NCBI GenBank assembly: GCA_963664705.1 | Contig: OY761556.1 | Coordinates: forward strand, 3,776,001 to 3,840,000 | Direction of reading: 5' to 3' | Source: Acidobacteriota bacterium | GTDB lineage: Bacteria; Acidobacteriota; UBA6911 | DNA length: 64,000 nucleotides | Shown: piece by piece, positions 62,945-64,000 of the stretch | Layout of the letters: each line of letters starts with the position of its first letter | Position numbering within the stretch: the first letter of the stretch is position 1 | Made by a program: the position numbers and the translations under genes | The notes under the pieces: generated by a model | The model's input: the letters and a program-made list of their open reading frames with translations, nothing else | What the model was told of the DNA's origin: nothing | Database searches by the model: none

Positions 62945-63691
62945 CTATCTCCACGAGAGCAATTGACTCCGCAAATCCGCGAAGTCAATCTTTTGGTCAT
63001 ATAGTGCGCGGCCAAGAATCACGCCTTCAATTCCGCGCCGGCGTCTTTCCCATAGCGTACGCACATCCTCCACCGTTGTAACCCCGCCGCTTGCGATGAC
63101 CTTGATTCCAGCCTCAATGCAGAGCGCCTCCGTTTCCCGGTAGTTCACGCCGCTCAGCATTCCGTCACGGGCAACATCGGTATAAATGATCCGCTCGACT
63201 CCGAGATCTTTCATCTGCCGCGCCAATTCAGCCGCCGCCACGGTTGTAACATCCACCCAGCCGCGCAGTGCCACCTTTCCCTGACGCGCATCAATACCGA
63301 CTACAATCGATGCGGAGGAAAACCGCTTCACCGCTTCCGCCACGATTTCCGGATGATCTACGGCGACAGTGCCCAGAATTGCCCTTTGCGCACCCAATTC
63401 AAGTATTTTTTCAATTTGCTCGAGCGTCCGCAAACCGCCGCCGAATTCGACCGGTATTTTCAGCGCGCTGAAAATGGACCGCGCAATCTCCAGATGTGCC
63501 GCGGCGCCGGAAAATGCTCCATCGAGATCAACAAGGTGCAGTCGCGTGGCACCCAGTTCCTCCCAATGCAGTGCCATGGCCACCGGGTCATTGCTGTATT
63601 CGGTCGACCGGGATGCCACTCCTTCCTGGAGCCGGACGCACTTGCCCCCCTTCAGGTCCACTGCCGGGATCAACTCAAAATCAGTCATCAT
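62945..63691 (-). CDS. hisA: ProFAR isomerase
   Basis: IPAVDLKGGKCVRL.EG, LHLVDLDGA, GGGLR and TDVARDGML.G. Confidence 0.96.
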   Translation of the reverse strand: MMTDFELIPAVDLKGGKCVRLQEGVASRSTEYSNDPVAMALHWEELGATRLHLVDLDGAFSGAAAHLEIARSIFSALKIPVEFGGGLRTLEQIEKILELGAQRAILGTVAVDHPEIVAEAVKRFSSASIVVGIDARQGKVALRGWVDVTTVAAAELARQMKDLGVERIIYTDVARDGMLSGVNYRETEALCIEAGIKVIASGGVTTVEDVRTLWERRRRGIEGVILGRALYDQKIDFADLRSQLLSWR

Positions 63692-63729
63692 TCCTCACAT
63701 GGATTCACGATTGTTCAAAAGACACGTGG

Positions 63730-64000
63730 CTATATCTGCAGAAAATTCTTCAGGAGCTTCTTACCGGCATCCTGGCTTTTTTCCGGGTGAAATTGTGCGC
63801 CCCAGACCTTGTCCCTGCACGCAATGGAGCAGAATCGGTGGCCATAATCCGTCCACCGGAGCGCATCTTCCGGCATTTCCGGTTCTACATAATAGGAATG
63901 GACAAAATAGAAATAGCTGCCTTCCGGTATGTCCTGGAGCAGCAGATCAGGCTGCGTCCCTTCGATTTGGTTCCATCCGACATGCGGCACCCGAAATCCG
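63730..64000 (-). CDS. hisH: Imidazole glycerol phosphate synthase glutaminase subunit (5'-truncated by window edge)
   Basis: PHVGWN, YFVHSYY and QFHPEKS. Confidence 0.95.
   Translation of the reverse strand, partial: GFRVPHVGWNQIEGTQPDLLLQDIPEGSYFYFVHSYYVEPEMPEDALRWTDYGHRFCSIACRDKVWGAQFHPEKSQDAGKKLLKNFLQI

Noticed and set aside
1-64000. tRNA, rRNA, integrase, transposase or phage genes
   Set aside because: No cloverleaf or rRNA-like segments and no recombinase, transposase or phage motifs were recognised by eye; a tRNAscan-SE/Infernal run would be needed to exclude small RNAs formally.

Overview
64 kb of a moderately GC-rich, probably anaerobic bacterial chromosome. The gene style suggests Acidobacteriota, but that is inference only. 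There are four blocks. (1) 1-22 kb is a PEP-CTERM/exopolysaccharide region: two PEP-CTERM proteins, a CAAX-protease-like gene, VanZ, nucleotide-sugar enzymes, an ExeA-like ATPase, an amidotransferase, TIGR03790-TPR, and a HlyD/MacB pair. (2) 22-29 kb holds housekeeping genes (aminotransferase, panB, thrC, apgM-like), a GxxExxY PD-(D/E)XK nuclease gene and a third PEP-CTERM gene. (3) 29-55 kb is a minus-strand anaerobic aromatic-degradation supercluster. It contains oah/had/dch, an HTH-GNAT regulator, a complete class II (tungsten) benzoyl-CoA reductase bamBCDEFGHI with an in-frame UGA (Sec) in bamF, beta-oxidation genes, a PadBCD-like molybdoenzyme, a JAB/MPN protein, a frameshifted ADP-forming acyl-CoA synthetase and a Tat-cupin. 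(4) 55-64 kb holds pcrA/uvrD, an amino-acid permease, nfo, glgC and hisI/F/A/H. The most striking unexplained signal is non-coding. Many intergenic gaps carry inverted, internally periodic repeats with 9-bp or 7-bp period, or REP-like palindromes. The GxxExxY nuclease gene is bracketed by inverted arms of the same 9-bp family that occurs elsewhere as gene-less doublets, which suggests a RAYT/REPIN-like system with a different nuclease. No rRNA, tRNA, CRISPR array or classical transposase was seen.
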